NCBI RefSeq assembly: GCF_008933605.1
Contig: NZ_WBUS01000001.1
Location: 18,939 to 82,938 of the forward strand
From: Albidovulum sp.
Lineage (GTDB): Bacteria > Pseudomonadota > Alphaproteobacteria > Rhodobacterales > Rhodobacteraceae
Direction of reading: 5' to 3'
Length of the DNA stretch: 64,000 bases
The position numbers and the translations under genes were made by a program. Under the pieces are notes generated by a model. That model did not search any database. It was not told the DNA's origin and worked only from the letters and a program-made list of their open reading frames with translations. Shown one piece after another: positions 47,633 to 58,907 of this stretch; position 1 is the first letter of the stretch, and each line of letters begins with the position of its first letter.

Positions 47633-49132
47633 TCAGATGTCGAACTTCACGCCCTGTGCCAGCGGCAGCGCATCGGAATAGTTGATCGTGTTGGTCTGCC
47701 GCCGCATGTAGCCCTTCCAGGCGTCGGAACCGCTTTCGCGGCCGCCGCCGGTTTCCTTCTCTCCGCCGAAGGCGCCGCCGATCTCGGCGCCCGAAGGGCC
47801 GATGTTGACGTTGGCGATACCGCAGTCGGAGCCCACGGAGGACAGGAACGTCTCCGCCTCGCGAACGTTCAGCGTGAAGATGCAGGACGACAGGCCCTGC
47901 GGCACGTCGTTCTGGATCGCGATGGCCTCCTCAAGCGTGTCGTAGCCGAGGACATAGAGGATCGGCGCGAAAGTCTCGGTGCGCACCGTGTCGGTCTGCT
48001 CCGGCATCTCGGCGATGGCGGGCTCCACATAGGCGCCGCCCTGCGGCACGCCTTCAGCCACCGTCTTGCCGCCATGCACCTTGCCGCCCTCGGCCCGCGC
48101 CTTTTCCAATGCCGCCTGCATCCGGTCGCGCGCGCCGTGGTCGATCAGCGGGCCGATCAGCGTCGTCGCCTTGCGCGGGTCGCCGATGGGCAAGCTTGCG
48201 TAGGCCTTCGCCAGCCGGGCGACGAGGTCGTCCTTGATCGAATTGTGGGCGATCAGCCGCCGCAAGGTCGTGCAGCGCTGCCCCGCGGTGCCGACGGCGG
48301 AAAAGACGATGGCGCGGACCGCCATGTCGAGGTCGGCCGAGGGCGCGACGATCATCGCGTTGTTGCCGCCCAGTTCCAGGATCGGCCGTCCCCAGCGCGC
48401 GGAGACCTTCGGGCCCACGATCCCGCCCATCCGGGTCGAGCCGGTAGCCGAGACGATCGGCACGTCCTTCGAGTTGACCAGCGCCTCGCCGATCGCCGGG
48501 CCGCCGATGACGAGCTGGCAGAGACCCTCCGGCGCGTCGCCGAATCGCTTTAGCGCACGCTGCATGACCTTCATCGTGGCGATGGCGGTCAGCGGCGTCT
48601 TCTCCGACGGCTTCCAGATCACCGGGTCACCGCAGACGAGCGCGAGCGCGGTGTTCCACGACCAGACCGCAACGGGGAAGTTGAAGGCCGTGATGATGGC
48701 ACAGGGTCCGAGCGGGTGCCAGGTTTCCATCATCCGGTGCCCGGGGCGCTCGGAGGCGATGGTGAGGCCGTAGATCTGGCGGGAGAGGCCCACGGCGAAG
48801 TCGCAGATGTCGATCATCTCCTGCACTTCGCCCAGGCCCTCGGAGGTGATCTTGCCCGCCTCCAGCGTCACCACGGCGCCGAGTTCCGCCTTCGCCGCGC
48901 GCAGTTCCTCGCCCAGCAGCCGAACGAGTTCGCCCCGCCGCGGCGCCGGCACCTTCCGCCACTCCCTGAAGGCGGCCTGCGCCTTCGCGATCACCTTGGG
49001 CATCTCGGCCGGATCGGTTTCGCGCACCCTCGCGACCTCGGCCCCGTCGATGGGCGAATGCACGGCCAGCATGCCGCCCTCCAGCTCCGCTTCGGTCAGG
49101 CCCGCGGCCTTCAGAATGTCCTTGTGGCTCAT
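47633..49132 (-). CDS. aldehyde dehydrogenase, ALDH7 / alpha-aminoadipic-semialdehyde (piperideine-6-carboxylate) dehydrogenase type
   Basis: 499 aa with ITSEGLGEVQEMIDICDFAVGLSRQIYG, ELGGNNA and AGQRCT (catalytic Cys). Confidence 0.8.
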   Translation of the reverse strand: MSHKDILKAAGLTEAELEGGMLAVHSPIDGAEVARVRETDPAEMPKVIAKAQAAFREWRKVPAPRRGELVRLLGEELRAAKAELGAVVTLEAGKITSEGLGEVQEMIDICDFAVGLSRQIYGLTIASERPGHRMMETWHPLGPCAIITAFNFPVAVWSWNTALALVCGDPVIWKPSEKTPLTAIATMKVMQRALKRFGDAPEGLCQLVIGGPAIGEALVNSKDVPIVSATGSTRMGGIVGPKVSARWGRPILELGGNNAMIVAPSADLDMAVRAIVFSAVGTAGQRCTTLRRLIAHNSIKDDLVARLAKAYASLPIGDPRKATTLIGPLIDHGARDRMQAALEKARAEGGKVHGGKTVAEGVPQGGAYVEPAIAEMPEQTDTVRTETFAPILYVLGYDTLEEAIAIQNDVPQGLSSCIFTLNVREAETFLSSVGSDCGIANVNIGPSGAEIGGAFGGEKETGGGRESGSDAWKGYMRRQTNTINYSDALPLAQGVKFDI

Positions 49133-50166
49133 GTCGCGTCTCCCTTCGTGACGATCGCGCGCTGGTCCTCCATTCCCATGGAGACGAGAAGCGGCGCCGT
49201 CTGTTGCCGTGTCTGGAAATCGGTTCTCGACCCCATGCCGCGCCAGCCGGCAAGGATCAAGCTCTGTGCCACCGCGCCGCCCAGCGTGGTGCCGGGGCCG
49301 GTGACGATGAAAAGGTCGGGCGCGAACTCCCGCGCCGCGATCCGGATCGCATCCGTGAAGTCATAGCTTTCCGTGACCTGATGGCCGAGCGTGTAGTCCC
49401 AGAGCGCCCCGGTATCCGTGGCGCCCGGCCACCAGATCGCGCCCCGCCCGTCGATCATCGGCAGCTTCGGCTGACTGAACAAGTCGGGCGAAAGCCGCGC
49501 CCGCCCGCGTTCGGCCACCGGCGCCTGAAGGTGCGTATGGAAGGCGGCGTGATTGGAAAGCCGCATCGGGAATCGACCCTGTTCCGGCGGAATCTCGGCC
49601 TCCCACGCCTTCAGCCCGGCGTCGTCTCCGGCCAGCACCAGGAGCCCGCCGAGGTCGATGGAGAGGGCAAGCACATGGCCCGGTCGCGCGTCGATCTCGG
49701 CGGCCTTGGCTAGAAGCTCGGCCTTGCGTCCAGGGTTCGGCGCCCAGTCCTCGCCCATGTGCGGATGCACGAGTTGGCCGCCGATCAGCGCCTCCTGCAT
49801 CAGCGTGCCCATGGTGTTCACCACCCCGAACCCCGCCTCGGCGGTGAGCGCCCCGCCACAAGCGAGCGCCGAATACCAGCCCATCGAATTACCGGTGACG
49901 GCGACGACCTCGACCCCGTCGATGGCACGAAAATCACCGAGGGTTGCCGCGTAGATCAGGGCAGAGGCATTGTCGCCCCGCGTGTGGCGCGCGACCGAAT
50001 AGGCCGCGGCCCCGTCGAGCGCGGTAAGGGTCTCCTGCCCGAGGGCCGCGCGCGCGCCGTCGAAGGCGGCAAGAAGCGCCCGGTCGGCAAGATGGCGTCT
50101 CAGATAGCCAAGCTCGGTCTTGGTATAAGTGCCCCTCCCGGGGCAGATGACGACCGCCGTCTTCAT
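49129..50166 (-). CDS. acyltransferase-domain protein (malonyl-CoA:ACP transacylase-like fold)
   Basis: 345 aa. VTGNSMGWYSA is a GxSxG nucleophile elbow comparable to FabD GHSLGEY. 4-nt overlaps with both neighbours. Confidence 0.6.
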   Translation of the reverse strand: MKTAVVICPGRGTYTKTELGYLRRHLADRALLAAFDGARAALGQETLTALDGAAAYSVARHTRGDNASALIYAATLGDFRAIDGVEVVAVTGNSMGWYSALACGGALTAEAGFGVVNTMGTLMQEALIGGQLVHPHMGEDWAPNPGRKAELLAKAAEIDARPGHVLALSIDLGGLLVLAGDDAGLKAWEAEIPPEQGRFPMRLSNHAAFHTHLQAPVAERGRARLSPDLFSQPKLPMIDGRGAIWWPGATDTGALWDYTLGHQVTESYDFTDAIRIAAREFAPDLFIVTGPGTTLGGAVAQSLILAGWRGMGSRTDFQTRQQTAPLLVSMGMEDQRAIVTKGDAT

Positions 50167-52352
50167 CGCTTCGCCCCTATCAGTGTCATCGCCGCGTCGA
50201 ATATGCCCTGTGCCGAGGGCATCGTCGCGGCATAGGCTGGACCGGTGGCGATGAAACTGTCCTCCGCCGTCACCCTGGCCAGAGGCACATCCGTGCGCTC
50301 GGCGAAGAGCGCCATCAGCGCCTCGGCCACACCGCCCGACCGACGCGTCTCATCGACCACGAGGATGCGTTTCGCGCCCTTCACGGCCTCGACCAGCGCG
50401 TCCGCGGGCAGCGGCGAGAGCCAGCGCATGTCGATCACCCGCGCCTTCACGCCCGCCCTGGCGAGCCGCTTCTCGGCCTGGCGCGAAAGATAGTAGCCGT
50501 TGGCGAAGCTCACGATGGCAAGGTCGGTGCCCTCGCCGTGAACGCCCACCTCGCCGAGCGGAATCATCTCGTTCCGGGCCGGATAGAGCCGCATCCAGCC
50601 CGCGTCCTTCTCGGCGTGGAGATCGCGCATCGGGTAAAGTGCGATCGGTTCGAGGAACACCACGACCCGCTGCTCCTCGCGCGCCAGCCGCACGCATTCG
50701 CGCAACATCTTCGCCGCATCGGCCCCGTTCGAGGGGCAGGCAAGGATCAGGCCGGGAATGTCGCGCAGGACCGCCACCGAGTTGTCGTTGTGGAAATGCC
50801 CGCCGAAGCCCTTCTGGTAGCCGAGCCCGGCAATCCGCACCACCATCGGGTTGGTGAATTGCCCGTTCGAGAAGAAGGGCAGCGTCGCCGCCTCGCCCCG
50901 CAATTGGTCCTCTGCATTGTGCAGATAGGCAAGGAACTGGATTTCCGGCATCGGCACGAAGCCGTTCTGTGCCATGCCAATGGCCAGCCCGAGGATCGAC
51001 TGTTCGTCGAGCAACGTGTCTATCATCCGATCCTGGCCGAACCGCTGGACCAGCTTCTGGGTGACGCCGTAGACACCTCCCTTTCGGCCCACATCCTCGC
51101 CCATCATGACGATCTCGGGATGCTCCAGCATGAGGTCGGTCAAGGCCCAGTTGATGAGCCGCGACATGATCTGCGGCTCGTCCATCGCCTTCAGGTCAGG
51201 CCCGAAGGCAGATGCCCGCGCCTCTGGCGTCGGTCCGTTCGAGGGCCGGCAGGTGCGTCTTGGCGGCACGAGGCTCGCCATCACGTCGCGCGCGGTCCTC
51301 AGCCGGGGCCGCGTCACGGCCTCGGCCGCGACGCGCGCGACCCGCGCGTTGGTCTCCTCGTAGATCGCCAGTGCCTCGGCCGGCGTCAGCGCGCCCGCCT
51401 CGCGCAGGAGTCGGATGGCATGCAGAAGCGGGTCGTTCGCCTCCTCGGCCTCGACCTCCTCGCGGCTGAGATAGGTGGTCGGCACGTCGGCCCCGGCATG
51501 GCCGTAGAGGCGGACGGTGCCGACATGGAGGAAGGCGGGTTTCTTCCGCGTTCGGACGTACTCCGCGACCTCGCGCGCCACGCGGAAGGTCTCGTAGATG
51601 TCGAGTCCGTTGCAGGCGAAATACTTCAGCCCCGGCCGGTGCGCGAAGCTGGCGGCGATCCAGCCCTGCGGGGTCTTGGTCGAGATGCCGATGCCGTTGT
51701 CCTCGCAGACGAAGAGAAGTGGCAGCGGGATCGACTGGTAGGCGGTCCACTGGGCGGTGTTGAAGGCCCCCTGCGCCGTCGAATGATTGGCCGAGGCGTC
51801 GCCGAAGGAGCAACAGACGATGGCGTCGTCGGGCAGTTCCTGATGCTCGGGCCGGTGCCGGCGCGCCGCGCCGATGGCATAGGCCGCGCCCACTGCTTTT
51901 GGCAGATGCGAGGCGATCGTCGAGGTCTGCGGGGGGATCGACAATGCCTTCGAGCCCAGCACTTTGTGCCGCCCGCCCGAGATCGGGTCCTCGGCCGAGG
52001 AGGCAAAGCTCAGAAGCATGTCCCAGGCGGGCGACTGGCCCGGTATCTGCCCGGCCCGCGCGATCTGGAATGCGGCGTCGCGGTAATGCAGGAAGGCCAT
52101 GTCGGTCGGCCGAAGCGCCGCCGCCACCGCTGCCATCCCCTCATGACCCGAGGAGCCGATGGTGTAGAAGCCCTGACCGGCCCTTTGCATCTCCCGGCTT
52201 TGCCGGTCGAGCGCGCGCGACAGGCAGGCCGCCCGATAGACCGAAACCGCCGCCGTTGCCGACAGCGGACCCGACGGCGCGGCACCAGCGGGCAGGTCGC
52301 CACTGGCGACCCGCCTCAGGAAGTTCTCGTGAACGATGTCGGCTCTATCCAT
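50163..52352 (-). CDS. fused alpha/beta E1 component of a thiamine-diphosphate-dependent 2-oxoacid dehydrogenase
   Basis: 729 aa. The N-terminal half resembles E1-alpha (GDASANHSTAQGAFN is a TPP-binding-type motif). The C-terminal half resembles E1-beta (VMMGEDVG...GGVYGVT). Confidence 0.75.
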   Translation of the reverse strand: MDRADIVHENFLRRVASGDLPAGAAPSGPLSATAAVSVYRAACLSRALDRQSREMQRAGQGFYTIGSSGHEGMAAVAAALRPTDMAFLHYRDAAFQIARAGQIPGQSPAWDMLLSFASSAEDPISGGRHKVLGSKALSIPPQTSTIASHLPKAVGAAYAIGAARRHRPEHQELPDDAIVCCSFGDASANHSTAQGAFNTAQWTAYQSIPLPLLFVCEDNGIGISTKTPQGWIAASFAHRPGLKYFACNGLDIYETFRVAREVAEYVRTRKKPAFLHVGTVRLYGHAGADVPTTYLSREEVEAEEANDPLLHAIRLLREAGALTPAEALAIYEETNARVARVAAEAVTRPRLRTARDVMASLVPPRRTCRPSNGPTPEARASAFGPDLKAMDEPQIMSRLINWALTDLMLEHPEIVMMGEDVGRKGGVYGVTQKLVQRFGQDRMIDTLLDEQSILGLAIGMAQNGFVPMPEIQFLAYLHNAEDQLRGEAATLPFFSNGQFTNPMVVRIAGLGYQKGFGGHFHNDNSVAVLRDIPGLILACPSNGADAAKMLRECVRLAREEQRVVVFLEPIALYPMRDLHAEKDAGWMRLYPARNEMIPLGEVGVHGEGTDLAIVSFANGYYLSRQAEKRLARAGVKARVIDMRWLSPLPADALVEAVKGAKRILVVDETRRSGGVAEALMALFAERTDVPLARVTAEDSFIATGPAYAATMPSAQGIFDAAMTLIGAKR

Positions 52353-52455
52353 GGAATTCCCTGAATTTCATCTTGCCCGAAATTACCTCCGCCGGAGGCA
52401 TCAGGTGCAGGGGCCGGGCGCATCCCTCGACGGAAGCGCCCGCCCGGCGCGTGGA

Positions 52456-53664
<1,209 letters not shown>

Positions 53665-53695
53665 GGTATCCTCGCAGGGCGGATCGACGTTGCTA

Positions 53696-53736
53696 TGCAC
53701 TATGCGCCATTGCACGCGGCCGGAATAGCGCTATTC
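53696..53736. promoter_or_regulatory. candidate LysR-type operator in the gcdH / lysR divergent intergenic region
   Basis: TGCA-N11-TGCA at 53696-53714 (T-N11-A type), plus the perfect 14-bp palindrome GAATAGCGCTATTC at 53723-53736. Confidence 0.4.
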
Positions 53737-53765
53737 TCGCCATGTAATATGCGCTGAGGTCATAC

Positions 53766-54683
53766 ATGGCGACACCGCGCCGCCTCTTGCCTTCGACTTC
53801 GCTTCTGACCGCCTTCGACGCGGTGGTCCGTACCGGCTCCACGCTCGCAGCGGCGCGCGACCTTGACCTGTCGCAGGGGGCCGTGAGCCGGCTGATCCAG
53901 ACCCTGGAAGCGCAGCTCGGCGTCACGCTCTTCTTGCGCGAGAGGCGGCGGCTGGTGCCGACCGATCCGGCGCTCGCCTACGCGCGCGAGGTGGGCAAGG
54001 CGCTCGACCTGATTTCGCGCGGATCGATGCGCGTGCGGTCGAACGCCGGCGGCGGGACGTTCTCGCTCGCGATCCTGCCCACCTTCGGAACGCGCTGGCT
54101 TGCACCACGGCTTCCGCGGTTCCTCGCCGCGCATCCGGGCGTCACGATCAACCTCGGCACGCGGCTTAAGCCTTTCGACTTCGCGGAGGAAGGGTTCGAT
54201 GCAGCGATTCATTTCGGGCGCGACGACTGGGCGGAGGCCGGCGCCGTCCGGCTTTTCGACGAACGGCTGGTTGCGTGCTGCGCGCCGTCGTTCCTTTCTG
54301 CCCATCCGATCTCGCGGGCGCGCGAACTGATCGGGCTGCCGCTCCTCCAGCTCGAAACCCGGCCCGATGCCTGGGCGCGCTGGTTCGCCCATCACGGGGT
54401 GGCGGGGCCGGTGCCGCAAGGGATGGTCTTCGACCAGTTCGCGCCGATGATCCAGGCGGTGATCCACGGGCTCGGCGTGGCGCTTCTTCCGGAGTTTCTC
54501 GCCAAGCCCGAGCTTGCCGACGGACGGTTGGTCTGGGCCTTCGGCGAGCCGGTCGCCGGGTCGGAAGGCTACTACCTGGTCTGGCCCGCGACCGGTGCCT
54601 CCTACCCGCCGCTCATCGCGTTTCGTGACTGGCTGACCGCCGAGGCGGCCGATCCGGATGGCGAGGCAATGCTGCCAAGGTAG
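53766..54683 (+). CDS. LysR-family transcriptional regulator (divergent from gcdH)
   Basis: 305 aa. LLTAFDAVVRTGSTLAAARDLDLSQGAVSRLIQTLE is the HTH region. Confidence 0.88.
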   Translation: MATPRRLLPSTSLLTAFDAVVRTGSTLAAARDLDLSQGAVSRLIQTLEAQLGVTLFLRERRRLVPTDPALAYAREVGKALDLISRGSMRVRSNAGGGTFSLAILPTFGTRWLAPRLPRFLAAHPGVTINLGTRLKPFDFAEEGFDAAIHFGRDDWAEAGAVRLFDERLVACCAPSFLSAHPISRARELIGLPLLQLETRPDAWARWFAHHGVAGPVPQGMVFDQFAPMIQAVIHGLGVALLPEFLAKPELADGRLVWAFGEPVAGSEGYYLVWPATGASYPPLIAFRDWLTAEAADPDGEAMLPR

Positions 54684-54723
54684 TGTCGATTCCGCAAGAA
54701 CAGAGCCTGTCAGGGAGTGTCTC

Positions 54724-55881
54724 GTGCCGTCAGATCTCGCCCGTCACTTTCTTCTGGACCCCGGCTTCGCCTTCCTCAACCACGGTTCCTATGGCGCCTG
54801 TCCCCGGCCGGTCATGGAGGACTATCGCCGCTGGCAGGAGCGGCTCGAACGCCAGCCCGTTGCCTTCATGGAGCCCGCGCATCTTGCGGATTGTTTCACC
54901 GAGGTGGCCCGGGTGCTCGGGCCCGAACTGGGCGCGGAGGCGGACGATCTCGTCTGGGTCACCAATGCCACGGCAGGGCTCAATGTCGTCGCGCGATCGC
55001 TCGATCTGAGACCGGGCGACGAGGTGCTGACCACCGATCACGAGTATGCGGCCCTCGAGAAGACCTGGGCCTTTGTCGCCGCGCGGACGGGCGCCGTGGT
55101 CCGGACGGTTGCCGTGCCTCTTCCGCTGGCCGCCGAAAGCTTCACCGACGCGCTCCGCGCCGGGATGAGCGGTCGCACGCGCGTTCTCTTCCTCAGCCAT
55201 GTCAGCTCGCCCACCGCGCTTTTCCTGCCGCTCGCCACCATCGTCGCCGAGGCGCGAGCGCGGGGCATCGTCACAGTCGTCGATGGTGCGCATGCGCCGG
55301 GGCAGGTGCCGCTCGACCTGACGGCCCTTGGCGCGGACTACTACGTCGGCAATTGCCACAAATGGCTGATGGCCCCAAAGGGCACGGCCTTTCTCCATGC
55401 CCGACGCGATCGCCAGTCCCTCTTGTTGCCGCCGGTCATCAGCCATGGCTGGATCGAGGATCGCGACGCGCCCGGCCCCTTCGGCGGCACCGCGTTCCAG
55501 GATGCATTCCGCTTCCAGGGCACGCGCGATCCCGCCGCCTGGCTCGCCGTGCCTGCCGCGCTGGCGTTCCGGGCAGAGCACGGCTGGACGACCGTCAGCG
55601 CCGCTTGCCAGCGGCTCGCATGGGAGATCGCGGGCGAGGTGGCGGCGGTGACCCGCCTCGCGCCCCTGGCGACGCCGGAGACGAGCGCGCCGCAGATGAT
55701 CGCGCTGCCTCTGCCGGACTGCGACACCGGGGCGCTGCACCGAGAACTGCGCGCGGCCGGCGTCGAAATCCCCTGCTATCGATGGCAGGGGCGGCCCTTC
55801 GCGCGCCTTTCCGTGCAGGGCTACAACGGCCCGGACGATGGAGCGCGGCTCGTGGCGGAGCTTGCGCGGTTGCTGCGGTGA
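54724..55881 (+). CDS. class V PLP-dependent aminotransferase (isopenicillin-N epimerase / cysteine desulfurase-like)
   Basis: FLNHGSYGACPRPV and YYVGNCHKWL (PLP-binding Lys). GTG start at 54724 after GGGAG. The track ORF begins inside the lysR gene. Confidence 0.75.
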   Translation: MPSDLARHFLLDPGFAFLNHGSYGACPRPVMEDYRRWQERLERQPVAFMEPAHLADCFTEVARVLGPELGAEADDLVWVTNATAGLNVVARSLDLRPGDEVLTTDHEYAALEKTWAFVAARTGAVVRTVAVPLPLAAESFTDALRAGMSGRTRVLFLSHVSSPTALFLPLATIVAEARARGIVTVVDGAHAPGQVPLDLTALGADYYVGNCHKWLMAPKGTAFLHARRDRQSLLLPPVISHGWIEDRDAPGPFGGTAFQDAFRFQGTRDPAAWLAVPAALAFRAEHGWTTVSAACQRLAWEIAGEVAAVTRLAPLATPETSAPQMIALPLPDCDTGALHRELRAAGVEIPCYRWQGRPFARLSVQGYNGPDDGARLVAELARLLR

Positions 55882-55894
55882 GCCGCCGGGCGGG

Positions 55895-56638
55895 TCATCC
55901 CATCGCGTGCGGAACGACCACAAGCCCGCCGTCCCGTGCCTTCAGGAATTCCGGCGCGACGTTCCAATGATCCTCGATGAGGCCGCTGGCGAGGGCCGCG
56001 GCCGGCCTGTCATCGCGAACCGCCGCGCCCCCGGCGAGAACGAGGATGCGGTCGCAGAACCGGGCGGCGAGCGTCAGGTCGTGGAGCGCCGCCATCACTG
56101 CCATCCCGGTCTCGCGCGCATGGTCGCGGATCATGGAGAGTGCCGAAAGCTGGTGGTGAAGATCGAGCGCCGAGGTCGGTTCGTCGAGCAGGAGGAGATC
56201 GGGGTTGCGAAACAGCCGCTGTACGAGAAGCACGCGCTGCTGCTGGCCGCCCGACAGCGAACACATCGGCCGCCCGCCGAGTTCGGCAAGGCCGAAGCGG
56301 TGCAGGAGGCACCGCGCTTCGTCCCTTGCGCGGACCGGCACACGCCAGCCGAGGTCTTCCCGCCTGCCGAGGAGGATGCAGTCCGTCACGCTGAGGGTCG
56401 AGGCGACGAAGAAGGCCTGCGGCAGGAAGCCGATGGCACGTTGCGCGAGCGGCTCGCCTCCCCTGCGGACCGCCACCGACTCCTGTGAAAGGCCCGCAAT
56501 CGCACGGAGCAGGGTCGATTTTCCCGCCCCGTTCGGGCCCACGACCCCGATCATCGAGCCCGCCGCCAGCGCGAACGAGGTGCGCTCCAGCACCTGGACG
56601 CGGCCTCTGAACAGGGTTGGGACATCAATGTCGAACAT
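55895..56638 (-). CDS. iron-siderophore/cobalamin-type ABC transporter ATP-binding protein
   Basis: Walker A GPNGAGKST, signature LSGGQQQR, Walker B LLLDEPT. Confidence 0.88.
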   Translation of the reverse strand: MFDIDVPTLFRGRVQVLERTSFALAAGSMIGVVGPNGAGKSTLLRAIAGLSQESVAVRRGGEPLAQRAIGFLPQAFFVASTLSVTDCILLGRREDLGWRVPVRARDEARCLLHRFGLAELGGRPMCSLSGGQQQRVLLVQRLFRNPDLLLLDEPTSALDLHHQLSALSMIRDHARETGMAVMAALHDLTLAARFCDRILVLAGGAAVRDDRPAAALASGLIEDHWNVAPEFLKARDGGLVVVPHAMG

Positions 56639-56639
56639 C

Positions 56640-57686
56640 TCAGATCTCCTTCTGTCGGAGGATGACGGCGATCAGCATCGGGATGCCCGCGATCGCGGTG
56701 ACGATCCCCACCGGGATGGCGGCGCCGGAGGAGAGGAGCTTGGCGGCGACCGAGGCGATGATCAGGATCAAGGCGCCGGCCAGCGCCGCCATGGGCAGGG
56801 CGAAGCGGTGATCCTCGCCCACGGCCGCGCGGGCGGCATGGGGGGCGATCAGGCCCACGAAGCCGATCGTGCCGGTGAAGGATACCGCCGCGGCGGTGAG
56901 AGCGGCGGTGAGAAGGAGGATGCGGCGGCGCAAGCCATGGGTGTCGAGGCCAAGGCTCTGGGCATTCGCCTCGCCCATCCTGAGCGTGGTCAGCGCCCAG
57001 GTGTCGCGAGCGATGAACGGCAGGCAGAGCAGGGTGATCGCGCCCGAGACCTGCACGGTCGTCCAGTTGGCCTTGAGGAGCGAACCGAAGAGCCAGAACA
57101 CGATCTGCTGCAGCACTTCCGGCGAGGCGAGAAACTGGAGGAGTGACTGCAGCGACTGGAAGAAGAAGAGGACGGCGATCCCCGCCAGCACCATGATCTC
57201 CGGCTGGCCTCCCCGTGCGCGGGCGACAACCCAGACGAGCAGCGTGGCGGCGAGCGTTGCGGCGAAGGCGCCCGCGGGCGTCAGGAGATGGCCCGGCAGC
57301 GGCAGTCCGAGCGCGGCACCGAAGAGGATCGACGCGGCCGCGCCGAAGCCCGCCGCGGCCGAGAACCCGAGCGTGAAGGGCGAGGCGAGGGGGTTGGCGA
57401 GGATCGTCTGCATCATCAGCCCGGCAAGCCCGAGCGCAGCGCCGACGATCAGCGCCATAGTGGTCTGCGGCAGGCGGATCTGGAAGAGGATCGCGGCGGC
57501 GGCGCGGTCCTCGCCGCCGGGGCCGGCCCGGAAAGTCCGCCAAAGTTCCCCGGCGCCCATGCCGGAGGGCCCAATCATGAGGTCGAGGAGGCAGAATATC
57601 GCGAGGATCAGGAGGGCGGCGACGAGCGCCACCCCCCGCTGTCCGACCCGTGCCCGCCAGGGCAGCGTCCGGTCAGTCGCGTTCAT
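56640..57686 (-). CDS. FecCD-family ABC transporter permease
   Basis: 348 aa, highly hydrophobic, with GTIGFVGLIAPH typical of FecCD. Confidence 0.88.
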   Translation of the reverse strand: MNATDRTLPWRARVGQRGVALVAALLILAIFCLLDLMIGPSGMGAGELWRTFRAGPGGEDRAAAAILFQIRLPQTTMALIVGAALGLAGLMMQTILANPLASPFTLGFSAAAGFGAAASILFGAALGLPLPGHLLTPAGAFAATLAATLLVWVVARARGGQPEIMVLAGIAVLFFFQSLQSLLQFLASPEVLQQIVFWLFGSLLKANWTTVQVSGAITLLCLPFIARDTWALTTLRMGEANAQSLGLDTHGLRRRILLLTAALTAAAVSFTGTIGFVGLIAPHAARAAVGEDHRFALPMAALAGALILIIASVAAKLLSSGAAIPVGIVTAIAGIPMLIAVILRQKEI

Positions 57687-58777
57687 TTCAGTTTCGTGAC
57701 GAAAAGGCCGTCGGCCGCGACCGGCATCCAGGTCTTGTAGTACTCGGCCAGTTCCGCTGTCGGGTCGACGTCGGCAAAGGCATCCGGGTAAAGCGCCTTG
57801 GCAATGGCCCGGGCATAGACGAAGTCCGAGAGCGTGCGGTTTCCGCCGTGGTAGATACCGTAGATCTCACGCGACTGCACCGCCGGCAGATCGGACCAGC
57901 CGGGCCGTGCGGCATAGGCCGCCATCTTCGGCTGCGCCGCCTCGTCTGTCGCGCCGAACCCCAGAAGCACGGCCTCGGGCTTGTTCAGCCATTCCGATCC
58001 GGCGAGAAGGATCACATCGGGCTGCTGGGCGATGACATACTCGGGCGAAAGCGGCCCCCAGTTCTCGATCTGCCCCTTGGCGATGTTCGACCCGCCGACG
58101 AGGTCGATCACCCCGGCCCACATGCCCTTTCCATAGCTGTTGCCGATCTCTGCCGGTCCTTTCTGGGCAAGCTCGACGTAGATCTTCTTGCCCGAGGCCC
58201 CCGCCCCGGCAACCCGCGCGAGCGTATCTTCGGTCTTGGCCTGATACATCGAGGCGAGCTGCTCGGCGCGCTCGGGTTCCCCCATCACAGCGCCGAGAAC
58301 GCGCGTGGACATGAGATGCCGCTCCAGCGTTTGGGCGTTGTAGTCGATGGCGACGACCTTGATGCCCGCATCCTCGATCTGCTTCACTCCCGGCTCGCCG
58401 AGCGAGGCTGTCTGCCAGCTTGCGAGGATTGCCACTTCGGGCTTCGCCGCGATGAGCGCCTCGGCCGAGAACGTGCTGTCGTCGGTGTTGCCGAAGTCCG
58501 GCAGGGCGTCGAGGTCCGGGAAGACGGCGGTGTAGGCCGCCCACTGCCCGGGCCGCCAGTCGGCCCAGGGCGCGCGCGAGAGGGCCACGATCTTGTCCGC
58601 GCCCGCCGGCCCGGTCACGGCAAGGTAGTCTTCGTAATAGAAGCCGAGTGCCACGCGGTCGGGCACATCGTCGAGCGTCACGGTCCGACCGTCGAGATCG
58701 GTCACGGTGATCCCGGCGAAGGCCGGGGTTGCTGTCAGCATCAGCGCGGCAAGTGCCGCGAGCTTCATGGTCTTCAT
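57683..58777 (-). CDS. periplasmic substrate-binding protein of the Fe-siderophore-type ABC transporter
   Basis: Signal peptide MKTMKLAALAALMLTATPAFA. The ATG at 58775-58777 follows GGAGA. 4-nt overlap with the permease gene. Confidence 0.8.
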   Translation of the reverse strand: MKTMKLAALAALMLTATPAFAGITVTDLDGRTVTLDDVPDRVALGFYYEDYLAVTGPAGADKIVALSRAPWADWRPGQWAAYTAVFPDLDALPDFGNTDDSTFSAEALIAAKPEVAILASWQTASLGEPGVKQIEDAGIKVVAIDYNAQTLERHLMSTRVLGAVMGEPERAEQLASMYQAKTEDTLARVAGAGASGKKIYVELAQKGPAEIGNSYGKGMWAGVIDLVGGSNIAKGQIENWGPLSPEYVIAQQPDVILLAGSEWLNKPEAVLLGFGATDEAAQPKMAAYAARPGWSDLPAVQSREIYGIYHGGNRTLSDFVYARAIAKALYPDAFADVDPTAELAEYYKTWMPVAADGLFVTKLK

Positions 58778-58907
58778 TGATATCTCCAGTCTCTGGGAAA
58801 CCTGCACCCGCGCGGTCGCGGGGATGCACTCGTTACGCATGGTTGGGATGCCGCCCGAACGGCCCGGCCCAAGGGGCGCGGGATCGGCCGCGTCAGGCGT
58901 CGGTGAC

